Shown: in pieces, positions 35,368-43,066 of the stretch
Numbering within the stretch: position 1 is the first letter of the stretch
Layout: every line of letters starts with the position of its first letter
Assembly (NCBI GenBank): GCA_003229375.1
Contig: QIDP01000088.1
Location: forward strand, 1-54,490
Reading direction: 5' to 3'
Length of the DNA: 54,490 nt
DNA from: Nitrospirota bacterium
Lineage (GTDB): Bacteria > Nitrospinota > Nitrospinia > SZUA-224
Program-made: the position numbers and the translations under genes
Notes under the pieces: generated by a model
Told to the model about the DNA's origin: nothing
The model's input: the letters and a program-made list of their open reading frames with translations, nothing else
Databases searched by the model: none

Positions 35368-38300
35368 CTATCTGTTCTCCATCCAGTACAGCAGCCCTGA
35401 CTTTACAGAAAATGGCAGTACCGGCAAATCAATCTTAATAATTTTACCGGTGGTTGTCTGGATGTATGCCGTAGCCCCTTCCTCATCTCCCAGATGCATG
35501 CTTATACCCGAGGAAGCGCCATCCCCTAAATCTGTGGATCTAAGAACAATAGACCCATTTAAGCCTATAACGTCTTCCTTCCATGCAGTACCTGTTGTAA
35601 AAAAAGTGGCATACAGCTTTCCTGTTCCGCCAAAATTACAGGGATTACTATCAGGGGTAAAGGTATTAAAGAAGACCATCCCCGCTAATATGCTTGGCTT
35701 ATTAAGCGATCTCTCAGCAGGCTCGGAAGTACCACTTCCAGGAAGATCTATATACCATCCATCATAATTGGTCTTTATATTGGTATTGAGGTCGTCAAGA
35801 GTAGCACTAGCGCCTCCTGTCCCGCCCAAATCTCCACCTACAGATACAACCACACTGGTTGAGTCATAGAGATTACTCGCAATGTCAGTACATCCATCGG
35901 TCCATTTCAGGCTGACATTATCCCAGCACTTCTCCTTGATACCATAAAAGCTCTGTCCTTTGGTATCCAATTTATCCAGATCATTATAATATCTTCCTGT
36001 GCCGAAATATACCCATAGATCATATTTAAGACATGATGGCTGCAGACACCCGGGTGGTAAGGCAATAGCAGCAGCAGGGGCAGCAGTAACAGGCTGTTCT
36101 TTGGTTCCAACGGCAGTATTATAAAATTCTGAGGATATCCAGGAAACAGGATCGTCCTTTCCCTCCATTGCCACTCTAAGCATTTTTCCTTTCCATTCAG
36201 GGGCCGCTTTAGTGCCTATATTGTAGGTCATTCCCATGTAACCTGCCTCTGTAGTATAACTATTATTTATATCCACAGTAATGGTGCTTCCCATAAAGGC
36301 TTTCCCATCAGTGAAATCAAACTCTTTTCTGAGGTTACCTGTATCGAGATCCAGGACAAATATGTGGGCGTTTTGATCACTGTTTACATCATAATCTGTG
36401 GGACCGGATCCGATAATCACAAACCAGTTGTCATTGACCTTAGCTATAGAAGGATATGAGGCAGTGAAGCCGAGATCAGGGGCTGTAAATTCCCATAGCA
36501 GTCTCGGGGGATTGGCAGTGTTTGTTATATCGAGCGCAAAATAGGCCGATCTGAATGTCTTCGGGCTGCCGCTGCCATTGAAATCATTTATTGTCAATTC
36601 TCCGCCCCCTAACCTCATTCCGCCTATAAGGATCGTGCCCCAGCATTTACCGGTGGTACCATTTTTACCTACATAGACAGGGTTAGCGCCGGTATCACAT
36701 TCAAAGATCTGTGCATCTGTGATCTTGGGTTTCATGTCTACATAGTATACATGTGTGTAGTCTTCGCCGGTCAACCACTTGAGATGGGGGAGAAGATTGT
36801 AAGGTATGTATGCCCATATCTCGGTCCCCGGCTCTGCTGCGCTCCCAGAAGGGGTATTGCCGGTTCCGTCGGCAATCTTATACTTCTTATTCTCTTTATC
36901 GTAAAATCCGGCAGTAAATGCATGGAGCATCCCGTCATTTGCACCCACATATACTATAGTCTCTCTATTATTATTATATCTCTTATAAAAGTCGCGATAG
37001 GTATCATCCCGATATCTGAGGTGGTATTTCTCCATTGGTCTTCCTACAACCGTAGGTGTTGAGTATACAATATCACCGAGTCTCCATACTGTTCCATTAT
37101 CTATTTTTCTCTTCCTTAAACCGGTTACATCCTCGCTCTCACCCCTGATGAATTTGATTATATTCTCTGCTGTATATAGCCCTGTATCATCTGCCCTTAG
37201 ATAGGGTTTAAGGGTGGAGGCATTGCCCTCCGTAAAATATTTAAAGTCCCCTTCTCCCGGTGCACATGGTGTTTTGCTGACATTGCACGCATGATCCTCA
37301 TTGCTGTCAACAAAGGTGTATATATTCCTGGGATCGGCAGATATATCCCTATCTGCAAGCATCTTCCCTGCCTCCCAGAGTGATTTCAGATCATCCAGAT
37401 CAACGCCTGTCTCATACGGCGCATCTTCCGGCAGACCATTGCTTTGAACATGGTATCTATTGATTTTGGTCTTATTCTCTAATGGATCGAATACAAACTT
37501 TATTATATCGTCATTGTTATCAGTATCTAACTGCATATCACCATCCGAATCCTCCCTCAGATTACCATACGAATCTATCCAGAGCGCCTGTAGATAGCCC
37601 GGCCACTCTACTCCCTCCCTGGATGGCAGAAAATATGCCTGAAAGACAGATCCCTCACCCTCTCCTGCGGTCGTTACAACAGAGAGAGAGGTAGAGGTCA
37701 TTGTTTGTTGAAGGATACTATTTATAGCGTTTAAGATAGCAGCCTCTAAATCATCCCCTTCCTCTGCCGCACTATATGTGTCCGGTATATTATCACCATC
37801 TGCATCCCATTCAATCTGAAGATCAGGGATATCATTATCATTATCATCAATGAAACCGCCGTTCTTTGCAGCGTCATAAAGGAGCTGGGAACCTGCGCCA
37901 AATGCAAATATGGTGTATAGTGTTATATTCTGTTCTCCGGCAATCTCCTTATCACCGGCGGGCCTCATATCAGTGGTATGTGCCCAGAGGGCGACATCAT
38001 CAAGGTAATCCGAGCCATCAGAACTATAAGTGCCCGGGTCATTGCTATCGCTATCATAATCCTTAAGATTGTCCGGTATATCTAAATCTTTTGTAGATTC
38101 CCCATCTGTAATCATAATGATAAAACCCTTGCTGCATGAGAGTGTTTCTTCAACAATTGTGGAATAGTAAGGATCATTACCATTGCCCGTAACAGAATAA
38201 TCGGTCGAAAGATAATATGGGTCAACCTGCCTAAAATAGTTTACCCCCTCATAAAAGGACTCTGCCAGGGGGGTCCATGTCTCAGGATGCAGATTTTCTA

Positions 38301-39084
38301 TATTAGTTACAATGGCACCTGTATTGCCGGATTTTATATAGTTTACAATCCTTCCTCCCTGTCTAATATTAAATACCTCCAGACCGAATCTTACCTTATC
38401 ATCCATCTTTTGAATGATCCCCTCCGGCGGGGCAGAGCCAATCTCAACCCTGATGTTGTATCTTCCATGCCATCCGGAAAATGGCGAATCATCATCATCC
38501 ACGTATATCATTCCATCCTCATATACGCCATAATAATAATCACCGGAATATGGGGTCATGCCTGTACCGTTATGTTGTTTCTTGAATTCTCTGCAGCAGG
38601 CGCCATTGTCAGGAGGGACCTCTCCTGCTAATGCATATGGATCGGGTTCAGGGGATCTCCCTACGGTTTTACCTCCCACCAACACCTTTTTTGCTATGTC
38701 TATCCTCCTCATGCTAACCCAGTTAAGAAAATTCCCATCCCACTCTCCTGAGCCTGAAGGGTAAAAACAGTCTTTACCTCCGCATCCGTCAATACCGCTG
38801 CCATAGGCATATTTGAGCAAAGAATCAAAATACCCGTAGTATGTCTTATTCGAGTCGAAACCGCTACTGTATGCCTCCATGTTCATACTCCCCGAGTTAT
38901 CCAGTATTATCAGGATACTTGGTGTCACAGATATGGTCATAAATGGGGGATATGCAGTATAATCAGCTATTGTTTGAGCTGATATGTGTGCGGTCCGCAA
39001 CCCACCCAAAAGTAAAACAGTCAATATTATGAATATCCTCTTCATATAATTCGAAATTCGAAAATAACTTAATATCCTTTTCAT
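35368..39084 (-). CDS. pilY1: PilY1-like vWA adhesin (cassette A)
   Basis: LIILDNSGSM ... MITDGESTKD; VYVGANDGMLHAF; WAYIPYNLLPHLKWL; start is either the ATG at 39084 (ATGA overlap with the upstream ORF) or the ATG at 39045 (MKRIFIILTVLLLGG). Confidence 0.88.
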   Translation of the reverse strand: MKRILSYFRISNYMKRIFIILTVLLLGGLRTAHISAQTIADYTAYPPFMTISVTPSILIILDNSGSMNMEAYSSGFDSNKTYYGYFDSLLKYAYGSGIDGCGGKDCFYPSGSGEWDGNFLNWVSMRRIDIAKKVLVGGKTVGRSPEPDPYALAGEVPPDNGACCREFKKQHNGTGMTPYSGDYYYGVYEDGMIYVDDDDSPFSGWHGRYNIRVEIGSAPPEGIIQKMDDKVRFGLEVFNIRQGGRIVNYIKSGNTGAIVTNIENLHPETWTPLAESFYEGVNYFRQVDPYYLSTDYSVTGNGNDPYYSTIVEETLSCSKGFIIMITDGESTKDLDIPDNLKDYDSDSNDPGTYSSDGSDYLDDVALWAHTTDMRPAGDKEIAGEQNITLYTIFAFGAGSQLLYDAAKNGGFIDDNDNDIPDLQIEWDADGDNIPDTYSAAEEGDDLEAAILNAINSILQQTMTSTSLSVVTTAGEGEGSVFQAYFLPSREGVEWPGYLQALWIDSYGNLREDSDGDMQLDTDNNDDIIKFVFDPLENKTKINRYHVQSNGLPEDAPYETGVDLDDLKSLWEAGKMLADRDISADPRNIYTFVDSNEDHACNVSKTPCAPGEGDFKYFTEGNASTLKPYLRADDTGLYTAENIIKFIRGESEDVTGLRKRKIDNGTVWRLGDIVYSTPTVVGRPMEKYHLRYRDDTYRDFYKRYNNNRETIVYVGANDGMLHAFTAGFYDKENKKYKIADGTGNTPSGSAAEPGTEIWAYIPYNLLPHLKWLTGEDYTHVYYVDMKPKITDAQIFECDTGANPVYVGKNGTTGKCWGTILIGGMRLGGGELTINDFNGSGSPKTFRSAYFALDITNTANPPRLLWEFTAPDLGFTASYPSIAKVNDNWFVIIGSGPTDYDVNSDQNAHIFVLDLDTGNLRKEFDFTDGKAFMGSTITVDINNSYTTEAGYMGMTYNIGTKAAPEWKGKMLRVAMEGKDDPVSWISSEFYNTAVGTKEQPVTAAPAAAIALPPGCLQPSCLKYDLWVYFGTGRYYNDLDKLDTKGQSFYGIKEKCWDNVSLKWTDGCTDIASNLYDSTSVVVSVGGDLGGTGGASATLDDLNTNIKTNYDGWYIDLPGSGTSEPAERSLNKPSILAGMVFFNTFTPDSNPCNFGGTGKLYATFFTTGTAWKEDVIGLNGSIVLRSTDLGDGASSGISMHLGDEEGATAYIQTTTGKIIKIDLPVLPFSVKSGLLYWMENR
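39046..39065. repeat. short CGAAATT-type heptamer tract between two in-frame pilY1-A start codons
   Basis: ataatt cgaaatt cgaaaat; bracketed by the direct repeats ATGAA(A/G)AGGATATT. Confidence 0.7.
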
Positions 39085-39422
39085 TGTCTTGCCTCCTCCC
39101 ATGCTATGATTTCTTCTACAATATTGTTGATAACAATCAACTTCACCATAGAATGTATTGCAATATCCTTCTTTTCTATAGCGTTATCCCTGTAAGTCAC
39201 CCTCACAGAGGGCGAGACATTGAAGGAAGAGAGAATATCAGTTTTGCTGTCAACAATACTCACTCTATCCTCCTTAAAGCCTGCAAAAAATCCCTCATGT
39301 GTCTCTATAATTCCATAATGTGAAGACTCATTACCAAACAGACTGGAATGACCCGCATCCATGCTCATAAAGGATATAACCATGACTATAATCATAAAAA
39401 TCATAAATCTATTGCTTTGCAT
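39081..39422 (-). CDS. small secreted hypothetical protein
   Basis: 113-aa ORF, signal-like FMIFMIIVMVISFMSMDA; sits between pilX-A and pilY1-A; no motif recognised. Confidence 0.5.
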   Translation of the reverse strand: MQSNRFMIFMIIVMVISFMSMDAGHSSLFGNESSHYGIIETHEGFFAGFKEDRVSIVDSKTDILSSFNVSPSVRVTYRDNAIEKKDIAIHSMVKLIVINNIVEEIIAWEEARQ

Positions 39423-39446
39423 ACCATACTCCTTTCTACCCTGTTA

Positions 39447-39499
39447 GTAACTATTCAGCTATTCAGGTCTCCCCCTTTTCCAAAAACCTGAATAGTTAC
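39447..39499. mobile_element. minimal IVS-like MITE (TIRs only)
   Basis: GTAACTATTCAG...ACCTGAATAGTTAC; 8-bp target duplication CCCTGTTA at 39439-39446 and 39500-39507. Confidence 0.8.
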
Positions 39500-39504
39500 C
39501 CCTG

Positions 39505-40125
39505 TTAATATATCTTCCGGAACTCGGCCCCCAGGATTGACCTTGCAATAGAGCCGCCCGCCCGTACCCCGGAGTTTACGCGATAAAAGTTGGCCTGCCC
39601 CCCATCCGAGCCGGACCCTATCCCCTCATAGCCGCCGGCAAACTCCGGGGAGAAACCCACAAGTATCCTCGGGGTAACATCTATATCTATTAATACCTGT
39701 ATATTCCTAAGGGGAATTACAACATCTACAAACAGGGGTAGTTCCATATCAGGATCCGCACTCGGACTACCACCGTCATTACTATCATTATGATCATAAT
39801 CGTTATCAGTTACCCGTGGTTCCATGGGAAAAAGCAGATCTCTGACAAAGACCGTATCAGTATTAGCATCAACCCCGCCATCACTATCATTGATGGCACG
39901 CTCTATTATCCCTTTTACCATTTCAATACCGCCCTCTGCACCGTAAAATATCTCCTGGGATGTCTTATAATTACCACTGATCTGTATATCTGTTGAAGAA
40001 GTTATCATCCCCCCTGTGCCCAGGACAGTCACCGCTACCATCAGGAGAAGGGCAACGATCAATGCAGCGCCTCTCTCTTCTGACAGATATTCCTTAACAC
40101 CCTTTGGTCTCATAATCTCTTTCAC
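39505..40125 (-). CDS. pilX: PilX-like minor pilin (cassette A)
   Basis: ERGAALIVALLLMVAVTVLG...TDIQISGNYKTSQEIFYGAEGGIE. Confidence 0.8.
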   Translation of the reverse strand: MKEIMRPKGVKEYLSEERGAALIVALLLMVAVTVLGTGGMITSSTDIQISGNYKTSQEIFYGAEGGIEMVKGIIERAINDSDGGVDANTDTVFVRDLLFPMEPRVTDNDYDHNDSNDGGSPSADPDMELPLFVDVVIPLRNIQVLIDIDVTPRILVGFSPEFAGGYEGIGSGSDGGQANFYRVNSGVRAGGSIARSILGAEFRKIY

Positions 40126-40155
40126 CTTACACCTCCCGCATTACCCAATTTGTTA

Positions 40156-40185
40156 CACGGACAAACAAGTTTGTCCATGCCACCC
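40156..40185 (-). repeat. REP family 1
   Basis: CACGGACAAACAAGTTTGTCCATGCCACCC. Confidence 0.9.
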
Positions 40186-40253
40186 ACCCATAGAGACTCA
40201 TTTCATGCATTACCCCAACCGCAACACTTGCAGCACCGCAGCACTGTTTTTCA

Positions 40254-40982
40254 TTATAATCCAAGATTTCTTGGCCTTGCAAATGAATTCAAAACCCTCA
40301 ATCTGAAGCCACCACAGCCATTACCACAGCAGGTTCCGGCTGCATTACACAGATTAGTCATATTTGGATCCGGTCTGGCTGATATAACACGAATAGTTAT
40401 CCGGACAAGATTGAGAGAATCATTTATAGTACCGTTTCCACCAAACGCGGCAATAGTACCGGCTATAGTATCACCATTAAAGTTGAAGACCCACTCGTCA
40501 TCATTTGCAGCGGTCCCCTGTGTAAATATAGCTCCATCTCCATTAACATCGAGTCCATACACAAATTGCAAATCTAAGATATTCACTGCTATGGGTTGTG
40601 CAATCCCATCAACAGCATCTGTTCTGGTAATCGTATTGTTTACAAAAGCAAAGGTAATATCCTCATTTAGACCGGCAGTATTTCCATCCCCGTTCAGATC
40701 AGCCCGGATTTGGATTGTATTTTGGGTTGCTGTTACAATATCTTGTATGCCAACCTCTGCCGGATCACAACCCGCTGTCCTGATCTCCCGTGTTATCAGA
40801 TCCATCGCTACCCTTGCATTCTGCTGCATATCTGATATCTGTGCCTGAACAGAATAGGCATGATTCTGAGAAATATATACATCATAGGCCCCCATAGCAG
40901 CGATAATGCTGATAACCATTGCCACCATTAACTCTACAAGGGTAAAACCTTTTTTATTCTCTTTATATAGATACCTTTTCAC
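40254..40982 (-). CDS. pilW: PilW-like minor pilin (cassette A)
   Basis: GTG start; ...ENKKGFTLVELMVAMVIS...QNHAYSVQAQISDMQQNARVAMDLITREIRTAG. Confidence 0.85.
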   Translation of the reverse strand: MKRYLYKENKKGFTLVELMVAMVISIIAAMGAYDVYISQNHAYSVQAQISDMQQNARVAMDLITREIRTAGCDPAEVGIQDIVTATQNTIQIRADLNGDGNTAGLNEDITFAFVNNTITRTDAVDGIAQPIAVNILDLQFVYGLDVNGDGAIFTQGTAANDDEWVFNFNGDTIAGTIAAFGGNGTINDSLNLVRITIRVISARPDPNMTNLCNAAGTCCGNGCGGFRLRVLNSFARPRNLGL

Positions 40983-41092
40983 TTTACACTCACCTTCCTC
41001 TGAAAATCCCCCTTAATCCTCCCTTTTTCAAAAGGGGGGGCGGGTGGGATTAGATTTTAATTCTCCTCTTCCACTCCCACACTATACGGTTG

Positions 41093-41677
41093 TTATATAT
41101 TGGATCTAACAGTGGATACAACCACACTATGCAGGCCTGTATCATCGGTCCAGCCAACCATAACAACTATTGTTTTGTTCTCAGCATCGGCATTGAGGGC
41201 ATTATTATTCCATACATTCCAGACCCTCCAGAAACCTCCGATTTGGACTGTAACAACATTGCCATTATCATTTATATCTATTGGATTGCCGGGAGCAATC
41301 ACAATATTTGCGCCAGAATTTATATAGTCAAAAACCTCATTAGCTATTACACCGTCACCATCATCATCTATATCGAAAAAATCAGAGATGCCATCATTAT
41401 CATTATCATTATCATTCGCATCTACCATAAAATCTCCATTGGAATCCCAATTCATGACATTCCAGTTAGCACCGTTTAACTGTGGATTATTAAAATTGAG
41501 ATTCCTTAGTTCCTCAAGCCTGTCCTGGGCAAGTATCAAGGCTGTGGTCATCTTGTCACTAAAGGAGTTACCCCTTATCACGGATGTGGATAATTCCGCA
41601 ATCCCGAGCAGACCTACGGCAATAACAACAAGGGATATCATTACCTCTAATAGTGTAAAACCTCTTTTATTGTTCAC
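41093..41677 (-). CDS. pilV: PilV-like minor pilin with Asp-rich insert (cassette A)
   Basis: GTG at 41677 behind GGGGGGA; (M)NNKRGFTLLEVMISLVVIAVGLLG...IRGNSFSDKMTTALILAQDRLEEL; DANDNDNDNDGISDFFDIDDDGDGV. Confidence 0.85.
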   Translation of the reverse strand: MNNKRGFTLLEVMISLVVIAVGLLGIAELSTSVIRGNSFSDKMTTALILAQDRLEELRNLNFNNPQLNGANWNVMNWDSNGDFMVDANDNDNDNDGISDFFDIDDDGDGVIANEVFDYINSGANIVIAPGNPIDINDNGNVVTVQIGGFWRVWNVWNNNALNADAENKTIVVMVGWTDDTGLHSVVVSTVRSNI

Positions 41678-41689
41678 CTGAAATCCCCC

Positions 41690-41719
41690 CACGGACAAAC
41701 AAGTTTGTCCATGCCACCC
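41690..41719 (-). repeat. REP family 1
   Basis: CACGGACAAACAAGTTTGTCCATGCCACCC; its G-rich flank supplies the Shine-Dalgarno sequence of pilV-A. Confidence 0.9.
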
Positions 41720-41792
41720 ACATATAGAGACTCATTTCATCTATTCCACCAACCGCAGCACTCCTTTTCATTTTCTCCCGGACAAAAAAAAT

Positions 41793-41808
41793 TGCATTAT
41801 ATGTACCA
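41793..41808 (-). promoter_or_regulatory. sigma54-like -24/-12 promoter, cassette A
   Basis: Minus strand TGGTACATATAATGCA (GG-N10-GC, weaker match); about 115 nt upstream of the pilV-A start. Confidence 0.45.
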
Positions 41809-42147
41809 TAGCTAGTCTATCCATACAAAGGGGGCCGGGACAAAGGGGAATTACAGATGGGCCCGGCTTATTCTAAAGGTCATATCTATATGTTTTAATT
41901 ATCATTATTAAAAAGATATACCTATCAAAAAAAGAGTTTTTTCCTGTCACGATTTTTAAGAGGAGCTTTGATAGAAAAGAGAAATTCTTGTGCAAAAGTT
42001 ATAAAACAGTATTCATGGCGTATACCATATTATACACAGCATATCGGGAGCATTACCTAAGAGACAATGTGTCGCAATATATTAATGAGTTACATGAGAT
42101 TTCAAATAAAGGTTGCAAGGTAAAAACATGTGTATTGTATATAATTA

Positions 42148-42176
42148 TTGACACCTATCCATTGACCCTATATAAT
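42148..42176 (+). promoter_or_regulatory. consensus sigma70 promoter upstream of pyrE
   Basis: TTGACA (42148-42153), 17-nt spacer, TATAAT (42171-42176). Confidence 0.55.
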
Positions 42177-42285
42177 ACCATTAACTTTAGGCGCTATTTA
42201 CTTAAGAAATGGGTAACTGTTCACGGTTTACAGTTAACAGGTGATGAAAACAGAAAGTAAAAGGAAATTGAAAAAACAGTAAACT

Positions 42286-42921
42286 GTGAACGGATACAGA
42301 AATGGTATGATGAATAGTAATAGTCAGAAAAGATTATTAGAACTACTCTTTGAAAAATCCTTCCAGTACAATGAAAAGCCGATATTCTGTCTGGCCTCGG
42401 GGAAGATGAGCAACTATTATTTTAACTGTAAAAAGGTTACATTCAGCCCGGAGGGTAAGTACTTGATAGGAAATATCCTCTTTGAGATGATCTCGGATCT
42501 CGGGATAGATGCTGTTGGCGGCCTGACCCTTGGGGCAGACCCTATTGCAAACGCAATTTCTTTGATAAGTTACATCTCTGCGGGTTGCGGGTTAAAAACG
42601 AAAATCAAAAATCAAAAATCAAAAATCATTAAGTCCTTCTGTATAAGAAAGAGACCCAAAAAACATGGGCTTAAGCTGCCTGTTGAGGGTGACGTAAATG
42701 AGAATGACAGGGTGGTTATACTTGATGATGTGGTTACAACAGGTCAATCCACCATAGAGGCTATAGATGCTGCAAGGGATTTTAAATTAAATGTTGTAAA
42801 GGCAATCGCCCTTATCGACAGGGAAGAGGGAGGAAGGGAGAATATAGAGAAAAGGGACGTGGAGTTTGAATCCCTGTTTAGGAAGAGGGATTTTATTCAT
42901 GGGATGCAGGTAGCAAAATAG
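42286..42921 (+). CDS. pyrE: orotate phosphoribosyltransferase
   Basis: ...GKMSNYYFNCKK..., DAVGGLTLGADPIANAISL, IRKRPKKHG, PRPP motif VVILDDVVTTGQS; start uncertain (GTG 42286 or ATG 42307). Confidence 0.85.
   Translation: MNGYRNGMMNSNSQKRLLELLFEKSFQYNEKPIFCLASGKMSNYYFNCKKVTFSPEGKYLIGNILFEMISDLGIDAVGGLTLGADPIANAISLISYISAGCGLKTKIKNQKSKIIKSFCIRKRPKKHGLKLPVEGDVNENDRVVILDDVVTTGQSTIEAIDAARDFKLNVVKAIALIDREEGGRENIEKRDVEFESLFRKRDFIHGMQVAK
42580..42628. repeat. heptamer microsatellites inside pyrE coding sequence
   Basis: gcgggtt gcgggtt aaaaacg aaaatca aaaatca aaaatca aaaatca; encodes AGCGLKTKIKNQKSKI. Confidence 0.9.
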
Positions 42922-42932
42922 CTCCACACTCT

Positions 42933-43039
42933 CGTTCCCAAGCTCCTGCTTGGGAACGTAATTTGGTAAAAGCTCCTGCTTTTATTATAGAAGCAGAGCT
43001 TCTATAGCAAATGTGTTGCTAAGCAAGAGCTTAGCAACA
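42933..43039. terminator. array of four related hairpins between convergent pyrE and fimT-A
   Basis: CGTTCCCAAGCtcctGCTTGGGAACG; TAAAAGCtcctGCTTTTA; TATAGAAGCagaGCTTCTATA; TGTTGCTAAGCaagaGCTTAGCAACA. Confidence 0.5.
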
Positions 43040-43066
43040 AGAGGAAATTTAAAAGTAAAATTATTC

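Noticed and set aside
17272-41681. Many 60-240-aa ORFs on the plus strand inside the pilY1, pilV, pilW and pilX genes (for example 19679-20161, 20267-20980, 33829-34401, 40150-40848)
   Set aside because: They are antisense shadows of strongly supported minus-strand CDSs. They are low-complexity, lack a Shine-Dalgarno sequence and have no recognisable motifs.
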